A DNA stretch of 64,000 bases, taken from Macrostomum lignano. Its lineage: Eukaryota. The first letter of the stretch is position 1, and the number at the start of each line of letters is the position of its first letter. The notes beneath the pieces are model-generated. The model was given only the letters and a program-made list of their open reading frames with translations. It was not told the DNA's origin and made no database searches. This document shows positions 11,919 through 47,302 of this stretch, in pieces. A program made the translations under genes and the position numbers. Location of the stretch: positions 1 to 64,000 of the forward strand of contig NIVC01000561.1 in assembly GCA_002269645.1 (NCBI GenBank). Direction: 5' to 3'.

Positions 11919-14900
11919 CTGTAAACATTTTTTTAAATTGGCTATTTTTTATGTACATTTTTCTGAGGACATAAAAGTTACCTTTTTTGATACAAAACCA
12001 GTTACGGAAACAGCCTAAAATCTAAAATTAATTACGCACTTTAGAGCTACTGATGTAAACATTTGTCTGTGTATTTACCGCATGCACAGGCAAACTAGTT
12101 GTGCTAGTCAGCTCAGTAGAGTAAGAGTTAATGCCTAAACGCACGGAACTCCAGCTGAATGAGCACGGAATACGAGGGAGACAGATGGAAAAGAAAACAA
12201 GATAAAGACCGCCTGCTTTTTGAACTCTTCTGTCCCGATAGCAAACAACCGCCTCCTTTCCAAGCAAAAACTGAACTTGAGGAAAAGGTACCCGACAAAT
12301 TTTTATACCCAAGCGAATGGTTCTTTAGCAAACATATGCCTACTAGACGTACGCTAGTTGGTTAAGCTTAAGCCAAGGACTACAACTAACTAATGGTCAG
12401 GGCATGACTGCTTGCCTTCTCGATAGCTGCAAGTTTTGATTGCATGTCGCCTTGATTCGCGGCAGCGCCCGAAGCCCCCATTCCTCTGGCAATTTAACCG
12501 ACTAAATGGCATCATAGGCAAGAAATACCTGCGAGTTTACCTCGTCGGCCGCCACCTTGAAGGAACAGGTCAGTCAAGGCTACCGCCACGGCCGGTATCA
12601 GGGGCCGCACACTGCGGCTAGCAAGTTTGGCAAAACGACCAGCAGATCCGCTAGACATGCCTGCCACAATCAGCGGCTCCACAAGCTGGTTGCCATCTGT
12701 CAGTCTCACAGTCGTATTTTACTTACAGGCGAGATTCAATCGGAAAGAAAAGATAAAAAGCAACGGCAGATGTAAAGAAACTCGAGGCGAAGGCACGAAC
12801 TGATTAAATATACGGCGACAGTGAAGAATGGGCAGGTAGTCACTCAAGCTCTCCTCTGTCACCCGCTCTCGCACTCTTCTTTCGCGTGTCAATATGTTGC
12901 AATTTTTTCTGGTCTTCTTCTTTTGCCTATACAAGCCTGCCCGTATAAAAAACCCACTGGCCTTTCGCCGAACGTGACCAGTGATAAATAGAATATGGCT
13001 TGGCCTAATTATAGCCACGGAGAAAATGCAGCAGGAGTGTTAGTGCAACACAAATCGCATGCAACGAATGTTGAGTCTCCAAAACTTCTTTGGTTGGGCT
13101 GTAAAACTGTAGAGAAAACTGAGCACTGTTGGATGAGTACACAAGAGCATACAGATAGGTGTCAGATTACTAACTCCGACTTAAGAGTGCATTTCAGAAC
13201 AGAACTTAGCCTGTTGAAGATATTAAGCGACTGATAAAGACTGTAATGCAAGCCACAATGCAAAGTCACTTAAGTCTACTAATGCTCAAGCTAGACTTTT
13301 TGACCAAGAAGATGCTGAGTTAATAGACGGTATGGATAATAAATAAAATGATCAGGCATGACCCAACCATAGCTTGAGAACTGCTTGAGAAGTTTTAGCA
13401 TCAAGGAGAGCAAGTCCTTATCGAATATCATTTTATTTAGGTGAAAGAACCCAATCGATGAAGGAACCATTTGAAGTGTTAATTTGTTAAAATCCTCTTA
13501 ATTCATTAATTCATCTAGAGAATTCATAGTGGTTCTATCTGAGTGAACAAAACAAAACTCAATGATTATTTACTTGCTTGACAGAGCTAACAAGCCCTGT
13601 TTAAGGGAAGTAAAAATGTGTGCTTAATCTACTTACGGATCAAATTTTCATCATTTCCGCGGCAGCAGCAACAGCAACGACAGCAGATCCGTTTCCGTTG
13701 CTTCTGTTTTTGTTTAAATCTTTGTTTAGTAGCTCTTGCTAACATGGACTGAAGGATTTGGATAGCCGATAGCGGAATGGACACCAAACTGCACTGGATT
13801 TCGCTTCTAACTTTGCTTGTCAATCGGCTTTGTTTAGCCAATAAGAATTGAGATTCTCATGCATAATGCATCGACAATCAAGCCCCTCGCACTTGTCTGC
13901 TTGCTATCCAATTGAAAGGAAATGCTTCGCTGTTCAAACTGCGCCAAATACTGGTTGCCAAGGAAACCAAAAAAAACACTACACACACACTAAGATTCGG
14001 AGAAACTAAGCACACGGAAAGTTTGCTTTTTTACTTGCTAGAGCAGCGTAAATGCGAGGTTCGGCTCACTAATAATGCATACCTCTGTATAGTATTTTTG
14101 CGCTTGATTTAAAAAAAAATAAACATCGGGTGGGTATTTAGCCAGCGCCCGCGGAAAATTTCTAAGGACCTTAGGGATAAGACAATAACTAAAGAGCCTT
14201 GGAATGACTGAAATAACTGAGATTCAGAAGCTTTGATCTGAATGGCTCAAACCACGATATCCCAAGGTTTCTGGAGACCTCTTTGCAAGAAACTCAACTC
14301 AATGTTATTTACTTACGAGTACTGCAATCTTCAGTAACGTGACGAAAAACGGCTTGAAATTATAGGCAAAAAGTTGCAGTTACATGTAACAACTGGCCGT
14401 TAAAAGATCCACTTGCATGTAGAAACGGGCCGTAGAATTTATAGCCAAGTGCCTTAAGGGCATGGATGGCGCTGTTCTCATTTTATAGCTGTGTAGCCGA
14501 ATTGAGACCACATGCAGAGCTTGAGACCGTATGTACACACTTACTGAAGGAGGGGAGTGCTGGAGACTATGGATGCAGCCTTTTGAAAAATACACCCCCC
14601 TCCCCTGAATTCAACTGAGGCAGCACACAGCAGAGAAATGCACACAAGACAATGGTGAGAGTGAGAGAAATGCGCTGTCGAGATGAGACTCAAAAGGCAT
14701 AAGCTCGAAATTCACACATTGTTCTCCATTCCTGTGCTTAGATTTTTTGCTTTGAAAATACAACTGGTGCCTCCGATTGGTGTAAACAATCAATGACTCA
14801 CTTTAATAAAACGAAATTATAGTATTTGCACAATTTGCGATAGCTTAAAATCAAATAATTTGAAAACCAATATTTTTTGTTATAAGGGAAATTTCGATTA

Positions 14901-14924
14901 TCATATTTGCTATACTGTGCGATT

Positions 14925-15397
14925 CGCTTCCGGACATTTGCCCTCCGGCACTTCCCCTCCGGCACTTGCCCTCCGGCACTTCCCCTCGGCGGCGTTTGCC
15001 CTCCGGACATTTGCCCTCCGGGACATTTCCCCTCCGGACATTTGCCCTCCGGACATTTCCCCTCGGGGACATTTGCCCTCGGGGACATTTGCCCTCCGGA
15101 CATTTGCCCTCCGGACATTTGCCCTCCGGACATTTCCCCTCCGCACATTTGCCCTCTGCAAATTTATCCCCTCGCACATTACTCACCTCACCTCCTCCTG
15201 TACCCACCCGTCGTTCCTCCAGCACCAACCTCATCCTCCCGCCTCTTGCATCCATCAGGTTCTTCTCCAGCCAACAACTCATCCTTTTCTAGTAAGCAAT
15301 ATATACCCGCGCCCTACCCTATCCCCAGCCTTACCTGTACTTTTCCAGAGGGGAAATGTCCGGAGGGCAAATGCCGGAGGGCAAATGTCCGGTAGCC
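14925..15397. mobile_element. Non-autonomous DNA transposon (foldback/MULE-like), TIRs built of 15-bp subrepeats, 9-bp TSD
   Basis: Left end cgcttccggacatttgccctccgg matches the reverse complement of the right end (ggctaccggacatttgccctccgg); direct repeat TGTGCGATT at 14916-14924 and 15398-15406; no transposase ORF. Confidence 0.8.
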
Positions 15398-15754
15398 TGT
15401 GCGATTGCTAAAGTACACTCTATCGAGAATTTATCCAGCTTTAAACGATCTACAGTATAAAGGTGCTTTAATTAATTTCCATCTACCATCAAGTCCTCAA
15501 GTCCAGTTGTGCTTTCAGAGGTCCCCTGTCCGCCACCACCCCCCCCCCGAGGCCGAGGCTGAGTGAAGGGGCTTAACAAACAATGCAGTCATTTTGCATG
15601 GGTCAGCAAATTTCAATTGGCGAATGAGATGAGAAGATGGCACTAGCGCAGTGTAAGTAAGCGGGCCCTTCATAAAAGGCTCTCATCTTCATTTATTTAT
15701 CCATCTGCCCAAGCTTTTTATACAGCAAAATGCCAGGTCAAACAAAGCACTCAC

Positions 15755-39432
<23,678 letters not shown>

Positions 39433-42124
39433 CACTCAAGTTAGATAAAATATTATTCCAGTGTTTGTCTGTTTAAGTCATAGTAGTCTTGCAATAGTAA
39501 CAAAAGATTTACCACGTGAAGGGGTTCTGAATTAACAATTAAGAGCAATCAAACTTGAAATCTTTATACGACTCAAAGTAGCACAGTAAAACAAACTAAT
39601 ATATATCGAAAAGAAGATAGCGGGGTACGCAAAAAAGTTGTTTTTAATAAAGAAGGCAATTTTATACTTTTGAATAAGGTATTAAACTTATTAATAACTA
39701 TTTTTAACAGAAATTTCCCAGAAAACATTAACGACGTTTAAAGAAGGTTTAGTATCATTCAAGCTGTATAACTACGTGAGTGAGAACCTTTAGCATTATG
39801 CTGTGTCCATAATGTGTCTATGTTTCTACCAACTTTCAGTAATAAATTGAATCAGTAATGAAACTGCTAGAATAAAATACTTCTTTTACGATTAAAGTCG
39901 ATCGTGTTTGGACTCTAAGATTACTTAGCTAAAGTCAAAGATTTTTAACTAGTTAAAAGGATTGACTAATTAACTTGTCTACTCTGAGTTGTCTAGCAGT
40001 AGGGCCTACTAGTTATTAAGTTATATTAATGAAAGTCTAACTAAATATCTATTACAATACATATTTGCAACCATATAGGCTTAGGTGTAGGCATATGCTT
40101 GCCTATTTTTGCAGATTGTAGTCTAGTGCAATTTAAAAATTAGGCCTAGGCCTAGTATAAGCATATTGATACTAGCAAGTTGCATAGATTCATAAAAACT
40201 AAAAAGCAAAGTAAGAAATGTCAAACATTTTTGGCATAATTTGACCCTTCTTAACTAGTACCTATACCTCTATACCCATAATCTATATTAAAGATAGATT
40301 TGAGACTTATTTGATAAAAATCTAGGTAAATACCACATTGATATAATTAGGTAGGCCTATCTAAATTCTAAAATAGTAGCAGATCATGCTCATGCAAAAC
40401 AATGCTATAAAAATGAATTAAAATTTTATACCAATGGGCAATAGCAATGACCATATTAGCATATATACGAATAAAGAGCTTAGTTATATAGATAGGCCTA
40501 GTAGCAATGTATATAATATATATATATAGGAATTGCATGAATGGCCACTGTGTATATAAGAACATTATATACATAGCAACCTAGGTTTTTTGGGCCATAT
40601 AAGGTTTTTTGGCCCCAGAAAATCTTATTGGCAACTGGATTTTTGGCATCAGAGGCCAATCTGGCAACTTCATTTTTCCAATGCCAGTTGCCAATTTCAA
40701 AAATTGACAATTTCAATAACAAGTCACTGACAGTCTCATTCCCCACAATTATATAGTGTATACATGTTTAATGAGCATTAAAAATATTCATCCTTGAGAA
40801 TTTGGCTAGTTGCCAAATGCCAATGGGAAACCAGAAATAGCCATTGGCAACTAGATTTTGAGCCCCAAGGGTTAGCTGGCAACTGGATTTCCAACCTTAG
40901 AAAAAACCCAGATAGCAGCTATTCATGTAATTCTTAGCATTGTCATGCTAAAGCAAGATATTGCAATTTAGCTTGCTAGGCCTATGCCACTAGGTCTAAA
41001 TAATGCACGACTAAGACTGCCACATACCAAGACCACCATAGCTATTGATATTAAGGGGGAGCTAGGGCCTACCAATCTTCTAGCATTGCTATTCCTCTAA
41101 TAGGTTCTTTTCTTTCAGCCTTGTCCTACTGGCTCTCCTACCCATTCATCTCTAGCACTATCTAATACATTGAGATTGAGTCAAATTTCTCCCTTAGCCC
41201 CTCCTCAAGTATGCTGGTCTTGGTATGTGGCGGTCTTGGTCCTACATTGTCTTAATAGCCTTATGCAAGTAGGCCTTTTGTAGCACTTTGATATATCTAT
41301 TTGATAGTAATACTAACACTAGGGGGGGAGGCTATATAAATAGAATAAAAGCCATTTAATAAAATGCCTTCCTATTCCTGAATACTAGCTATTTGCTTGC
41401 TAGCTACATATGTAGTCAGGGCTTTGATAGGGTTACTAGTTAGATTGTCATATTCCATTTTATCATAGGCCTATTGGATGATGGAGTAACCAAAAGCAAA
41501 GTAGCTTTGAAAAATAATATGATAAAGTGACTAAATATTTAATTATACTAGATATTTCATCATCAACTAATCAATATGTGAGATTCAAGTAAGTGTAAAC
41601 TATTTTTTGTTTTTATTAACTATAAGCTATAGTAAGTAGAACCAATGGATCAAAAGGTTTTATTATCAAGACAACAAAATAATTGGGATCATTAGGATTC
41701 CAAGTAAATATGTTTAATTGCCATATTAATTCAATTGGAAATTGGAACTAATATGATTGGTGGATGACAAAATGACTCTTTTCAGGTAGTGCATGCTAAT
41801 AATGATGACAAAATGACCTTAGTCAAGGACAAGGTGAGCGTCCTAGACATTCTAAATGATGAAATGGCAGATAACAAAATGACTTGGCCCTTAAGAACCT
41901 TTGATAGGTGGGCTCGTGGCTAGCTTTCCATACATTGCTTTGAATTTTGGACTTTGGCTTTTTATAATGAAGTAGCCAAGCCATGATTTGGCCCTAGCTA
42001 TATTTTTGCATTTACTTGCTATTTTTGTTCTATTAAAAGTTTTTGGATCTATCAAGCAATCTTTGACATTCCAAAATCAGCCATCAGAATAGTAGGCCTA
42101 TGAATAGCTATTAATGATATCAGT

Positions 42125-43468
42125 GGGAGTACGAGATTTGCTAGCAGGAAATCTGCTAGCCAAAGTTTGCTAGCGAGAAATTTGCTTGCCAAAATCTGCT
42201 AGCCAAAGTTTGCTAGCGAGAAATTTGCTTGCCAAAATCTGCTAGCCAAAGTTTGCTAGCCAAAATCTGCTAGCCAAAATTTGCTAGCCAAAGCTTGCTA
42301 GCAGGAATTTTGCTAGCGAGGATTTTGCTAGCCGTGATTTGCTATCAGGAATTTTGCTGGCCAAAAGTTGCTAGCAAGAATTTTGCTAGCAAGGATTTAG
42401 CTAGCCGAAATCTGCTAGCAGGAATCCAACCAAAACCAGCAAGCAGCAATTTGGCTAGCCAAACTCAGGAAGTTGTAATTAGCTAGAGAGAATTTGCTTG
42501 TCCAGTTTCGCAAGAATTTCACTAAATCCTCTATAGCGTCACTCCACTTTTACCTTTACCAATCCTCTTCAAATTGGACACAATCCAATTTTCAACTATT
42601 TTGACAATCGTGTAAAAAATTTCGAGTTTTGAAGTTAATTCCTAATGACACTGTGTACTTTTCAAGTTAGTCTGCTTTTCGTCAGCAAGACAGCCACCCC
42701 AACCTCCACCTCTCTCTTCTTCCTGACCACTGGACAGATGTGTGAAGGGGGTTTAAAATTAACTAACTTTCAGCTGCCATAAGTTTGCTCCACGTACAGC
42801 AATTGACTTTAAACTTGATAAAATTCTTCATTGACTCATTTCTCTGTCTAAATATAAAGTCTCAACTTTGTACCTCAGTTAAAACAGAAACTGTAGGCAT
42901 GTGAAGTTTGTCAGCTTTTTCTGTTGTTTGTGCTACTGCACTCACTCATTCCCCCAGACCAACGATCAGGTGATAGGGCTCAATGTACATAGCAAATGTA
43001 CAGTGTTCTAGAATAACTTTTTATAGCCTTCTCTGCTAACATTTAGCCATGACAATTCAGTAAGGAATTCAACAACTGTCTTAACTACAAGCTATCTGAT
43101 TGCAACTTGAGAGTATTTTGTCCCCCACAATGACAAACTGACTTTCCAAACACTTGAACTGATGCTGATGCTTTTAGTTATAAAATATTTGGGATTTTTA
43201 CCTACTTCTGTGGATTTTTTAGGTAAAACAATACATTGCCATTGCCAGAAAACAAGCAATCTTTTGACGCCAGTTGCAAGAAGTTCGGTTAGCAAATTTC
43301 CTGCTAGCAGATTTCGACTAGCTAAATCCTCGCTAGCAAAAATCCTGCTAGCAACTTTTGGCCAGCAAAATTCCTACTAGCAAATCTCGGCTAGCAAAAT
43401 CCTCGCTAGCAAAATTCCTGCTAGCAAGCTTTGGCTAGCAAATTTTGGCTAGCAAATTTCATAGACCC
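42125..43468. mobile_element. Foldback/MULE-like non-autonomous element, ~200-bp TIRs of ttgctagc subrepeats, 9-bp TSD
   Basis: TSD GATATCAGT at 42116-42124 and 43469-43477; left gggagtacgagatttgctagc vs right reverse complement gggtctatgaaatttgctagc; near-identical inverted blocks at 42280-42425 and 43295-43455. Confidence 0.82.
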
Positions 43469-46400
43469 GATATCAGTAGTAGTAGCTAGCTTGTGCATAA
43501 TGGCTTAGCAGTCAACATCAAAAGCATAATATACTAGCTCAATGCTAGATCAGTCAACCATAGTAATAAGCTAACTAATTCATAGAAGATTTTCATGGAT
43601 TATCTATTATCTTCTGGAATCCATGGAACTCCTATAATTCTTTTAGAATCCATGGAACATGGAACATTATCCATGGAAGATTTTCATGGAAACTATTATC
43701 TTTTAGCCATATTCAAATCATTGTAGCTGTTCATTGACCATTGTCTTTGATGGTGCACATTTTCCATAAGTTTTCTATACCTCATAAAAACTTCTACTTG
43801 TTGCTTTCTGCTTTTACAAAAAAAACAAATCATACTTTGCTTTGTTTCTTTGTTTTTGGAGCATAATGAAAAAATCAATAGGTTACTAAAAAGTCTATAA
43901 GAAACAAATGCTTTGTTGAAATAAGCTAGCACTTGCTTTAAAGGCTCATAGTATGATAGTTATCTATGGTAGAAAGTATATTTACAATGCAGCCATTAAA
44001 AAAAATAGATAAGAAGTAGAAGTAGAAGTTTATAAGTATATTTAAAAAATATTTACAAGGGGTATTCCATAAGTTACTTATACTTTTGCATGCTGCTCAT
44101 GAACAACGCAATCAATCATTACAAGTTAGGTGTCACTAGAAAGCAGCTTTTCTCTTCTACAATTTTCTATTAGAATCATTTGGTTCCATCAGTTTTATCA
44201 AAAGTTACAACTACATATGTATCAAAAGGTCATCCATAGACTTATAGTTAGTCAACAAGTTAACAAAATTTCAAAGTGGTAGCTCACAACTAGCTGCAGT
44301 GAATGCTACAAAATGACTGCAGTAAATTATTGTGATAGACCCATGAGCCGATGAAAGTTGAGCATGAATCTTGGCTCAACTGTGCCCCATCCCCAAAGGG
44401 TGTATATCACACTCTTCTGAGCAACACTTGAATTAATATCCAGGACTTTTAGCGCAGCAAAAGAAGGGAACAAAAGCAAAAAAGCTGAAGCCCAGTTTGA
44501 AATATTTTTTTGCTTTAAAAGCTATATGCTTCTCTAAGTTTTTCCATAGATATCTCTTTGTCATGGCAGCCTAAAAAAGAAGTCTGAATGCATTCAATCC
44601 AATGTAGTTTTGCCACTTTCCACTAGCTTGTTGAATTACTGTTAGTCTATGGTTGAGTGTCTGCTCATACATGCACAACCCCCCCCCCCTGATTTACACT
44701 GGCCATGCGACTTACCTGTGAAAGAAACCCTAGAGTAACATTAACGCAATTTTGGGTAAACGGCATGAGTAACTATGACTATCTTATAAGGGTAAATGCC
44801 TCGTCATCTAATTAGTACTATGTCTATTCTTTGGGGTGGCTTTTTTGCAACTTACCCCTGGTCCACCACAATTTACAGTGGCCAGATCGGCCAGGTTGGC
44901 CAGCAGTTGCACATGTATGCTCCTGCTACATTTTTGTTCATAACTTTTTTTCCATTGTCTGTTTTTAATGATGTTAAAGTCAATATGAAAAAGAGAGTTG
45001 CTGCTATAAATCTGTGCAAAATGATGTTATTTGGATCAGCAGAACAAGAGATATAATGAAAAGTAGCACTACTTTTAAGACAGCCCTCATTTATGTTATA
45101 CTTTGTAAACATTTTATAATTTTTAACTTTCTATAAATAGGTAAACTTTATACAAATTATTTATTTAATTAAAAATATACATTAATAGTAGTATAGTCAT
45201 TAGTAATTTAAGATCATTAAAAAGTTGGTATTTAATGTCATGTTTTAAAATGTTTTTCAGACAAACTATCTGACAAATGGTGGATCCTTGCTATAATCAG
45301 CTATGGTAAGTTTTTCATCATTGTTATAGTAATATATGCATTATGCATACTTATTTACTTATAGTTATAAATTTGAAATTGTTTGATCCTATGCTTTGTG
45401 TCATTTATATAAGAATTGGACTTCATATTTCAGTTTGGTATTGTCTGAATATTATATATATATATATTCTATTTCCAATAACAACACATTTAGTTAGATG
45501 TTTCAGGAAATGGGTTATTGTTGTTTTTTTAAACCAGATGGTAATGAGTATAAAAACAATAACATTGCAACTTAATTTTAATCCATTTTATTAGCTCTAA
45601 CTCAACGCAGTCACTTAGGAAGTTTATCCGCTTTGTTGGTAATTGAGTTAAAATATTTTCAGTGTTGTCTATCAGTTTTGAGTCTTTGCTTCACTTTCTT
45701 TGTTATAATTAGAACATTGCACATTTTTTCTTTCTTATCATTCAAATATAAATATGATGTTTCTAATTTTTTCACTTTACTGTCTAAGTAAATCTAGAGC
45801 TATTATCAAAGTAGTTCAAAATAAATATTTTATACCATTTTTATAACAGATTATAGTACTTTTTATAAGTTATAATATTGTTTAAATAGTTATTGTACTG
45901 GTCATTTTTGTCATACAATGTCATGCATTTATAATAATATTTGAGACTAATAGACCTGCAACTATTTATATAATCAACAATATGTCACTATTATAAGGCA
46001 ACATTTGCAAAACAAAAATGAAAATAAATGACTATGCAAGTATTGATTAAATTAATCAATTAAATTTTGGTTTTAAGCCACTTTGTTTCAATGCTAAGCT
46101 TTGAAGTACTCATTTTTTTTCTACTGCATTTCTTTTGAAGCTTTGTAAGAATGGTTTATTTGTCTTTTTCATACTTTTCATTAAGTTTTTTGTTGTCTTC
46201 ACTACACCAGCTTTTTATTGGCTAGTATTTGTAGTAAGAGTTTTATGTAATTTTTATGTTGTTTTCAAGTTTTTAAGCTTTTCTCCTTTTGTTTAACCAA
46301 ATCACTATAATACAGTATCTCCAATTGTTTCAAATAGGCAGTTACACTTGTCGTGTTTACCTTAAAATTTGTTTGTGTCAACTGAATCAAATTAGTTGAG

Positions 46401-46609
46401 GATAATAATCAGAAAGTGGAAATGAAATCTTTATAATACACTTTGCTGCATAGATTTTGGTGCTTTTTAAGCTGTTGCTATACATTTAGTTAACCGTTTT
46501 TTAAACTGTTGTAAATGGTATGATAGAAAATAGAAATCTTATAGACTTGGTGGGGGTATTCTTGGTAGATTTGGGATGGTTTACATTTAAACATTTTCAT
46601 TACCACCTA

Positions 46610-47170
46610 TGGGGATTATGAAGATCCCTAATCACCTATTGGTACTCTAAAGATCCCATTATCACATTTGGGTATTCTAAAGATCCCATTCCCAACTATG
46701 GGGATTCTAAAGATCCCATTCCCAACTGTGGGGATTCTAAAGATCCCATTCCCAACTATGGGGATTCTAAACATCCCATTCCCAACTGTGGGGATTCTAA
46801 ATATCCCATTCCCAACTGTGGGGATTCTAAATATCCCATTCCCAACTGTGGAGATTCTAAATATCCCATTCCCAACTGTGGAGATTCTAAATATCCCATT
46901 CCCAACTGTGGAGATTCTAAATATCCCATTCCCAACTGTGGAGATTCTAAATATCCCATTCCCAACTGTGGAGATTCTAAATATCCCATTCCCAACTGTG
47001 GAGATTCTAAATATCCCATTCCCAATTGTGGGTACTCGTATTCTAAAGATCCCGTTCCCAACTGGGGGTACTCGTATTCTAAAGATCCCATTCCCAACTG
47101 TGGGGATTCTAAATATCCCATTCCTAACTGTGGGGATTCTAAATATCCCATTCCCAACTATGGGGATTAA
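46610..47170. repeat. 30-bp minisatellite (cccattcccaactgtggagattctaaatat)
   Basis: Direct reading. Confidence 0.95.
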
Positions 47171-47302
47171 GAATGAGTTTTAGAATTTATACTTTTGAAT
47201 TTATGTTTCTACTCTATTAACAGAATAAAAAACACTTTCAAGCAAATATCCATAGTAATAACGGATTAATTCTTAAGCAAACTTTTCCTCAAACTCGGTC
47301 AG

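Noticed and set aside
45261-45305. Candidate upstream exon of the SYT14-like gene (ttttcag|...TATG|gtaagt, phase-1 compatible)
   Set aside because: Splice signals fit but there is no sequence similarity or start codon to support it; left out of the model.
40000-46500. Possible decayed LINE/transposon remnants in the AT-rich intergenic region (KYLG-like words, ttggcaactgg repeats at 40.6-40.9 kb)
   Set aside because: Too degenerate to establish frame, termini or family by eye; a translated repeat-library search would be needed.
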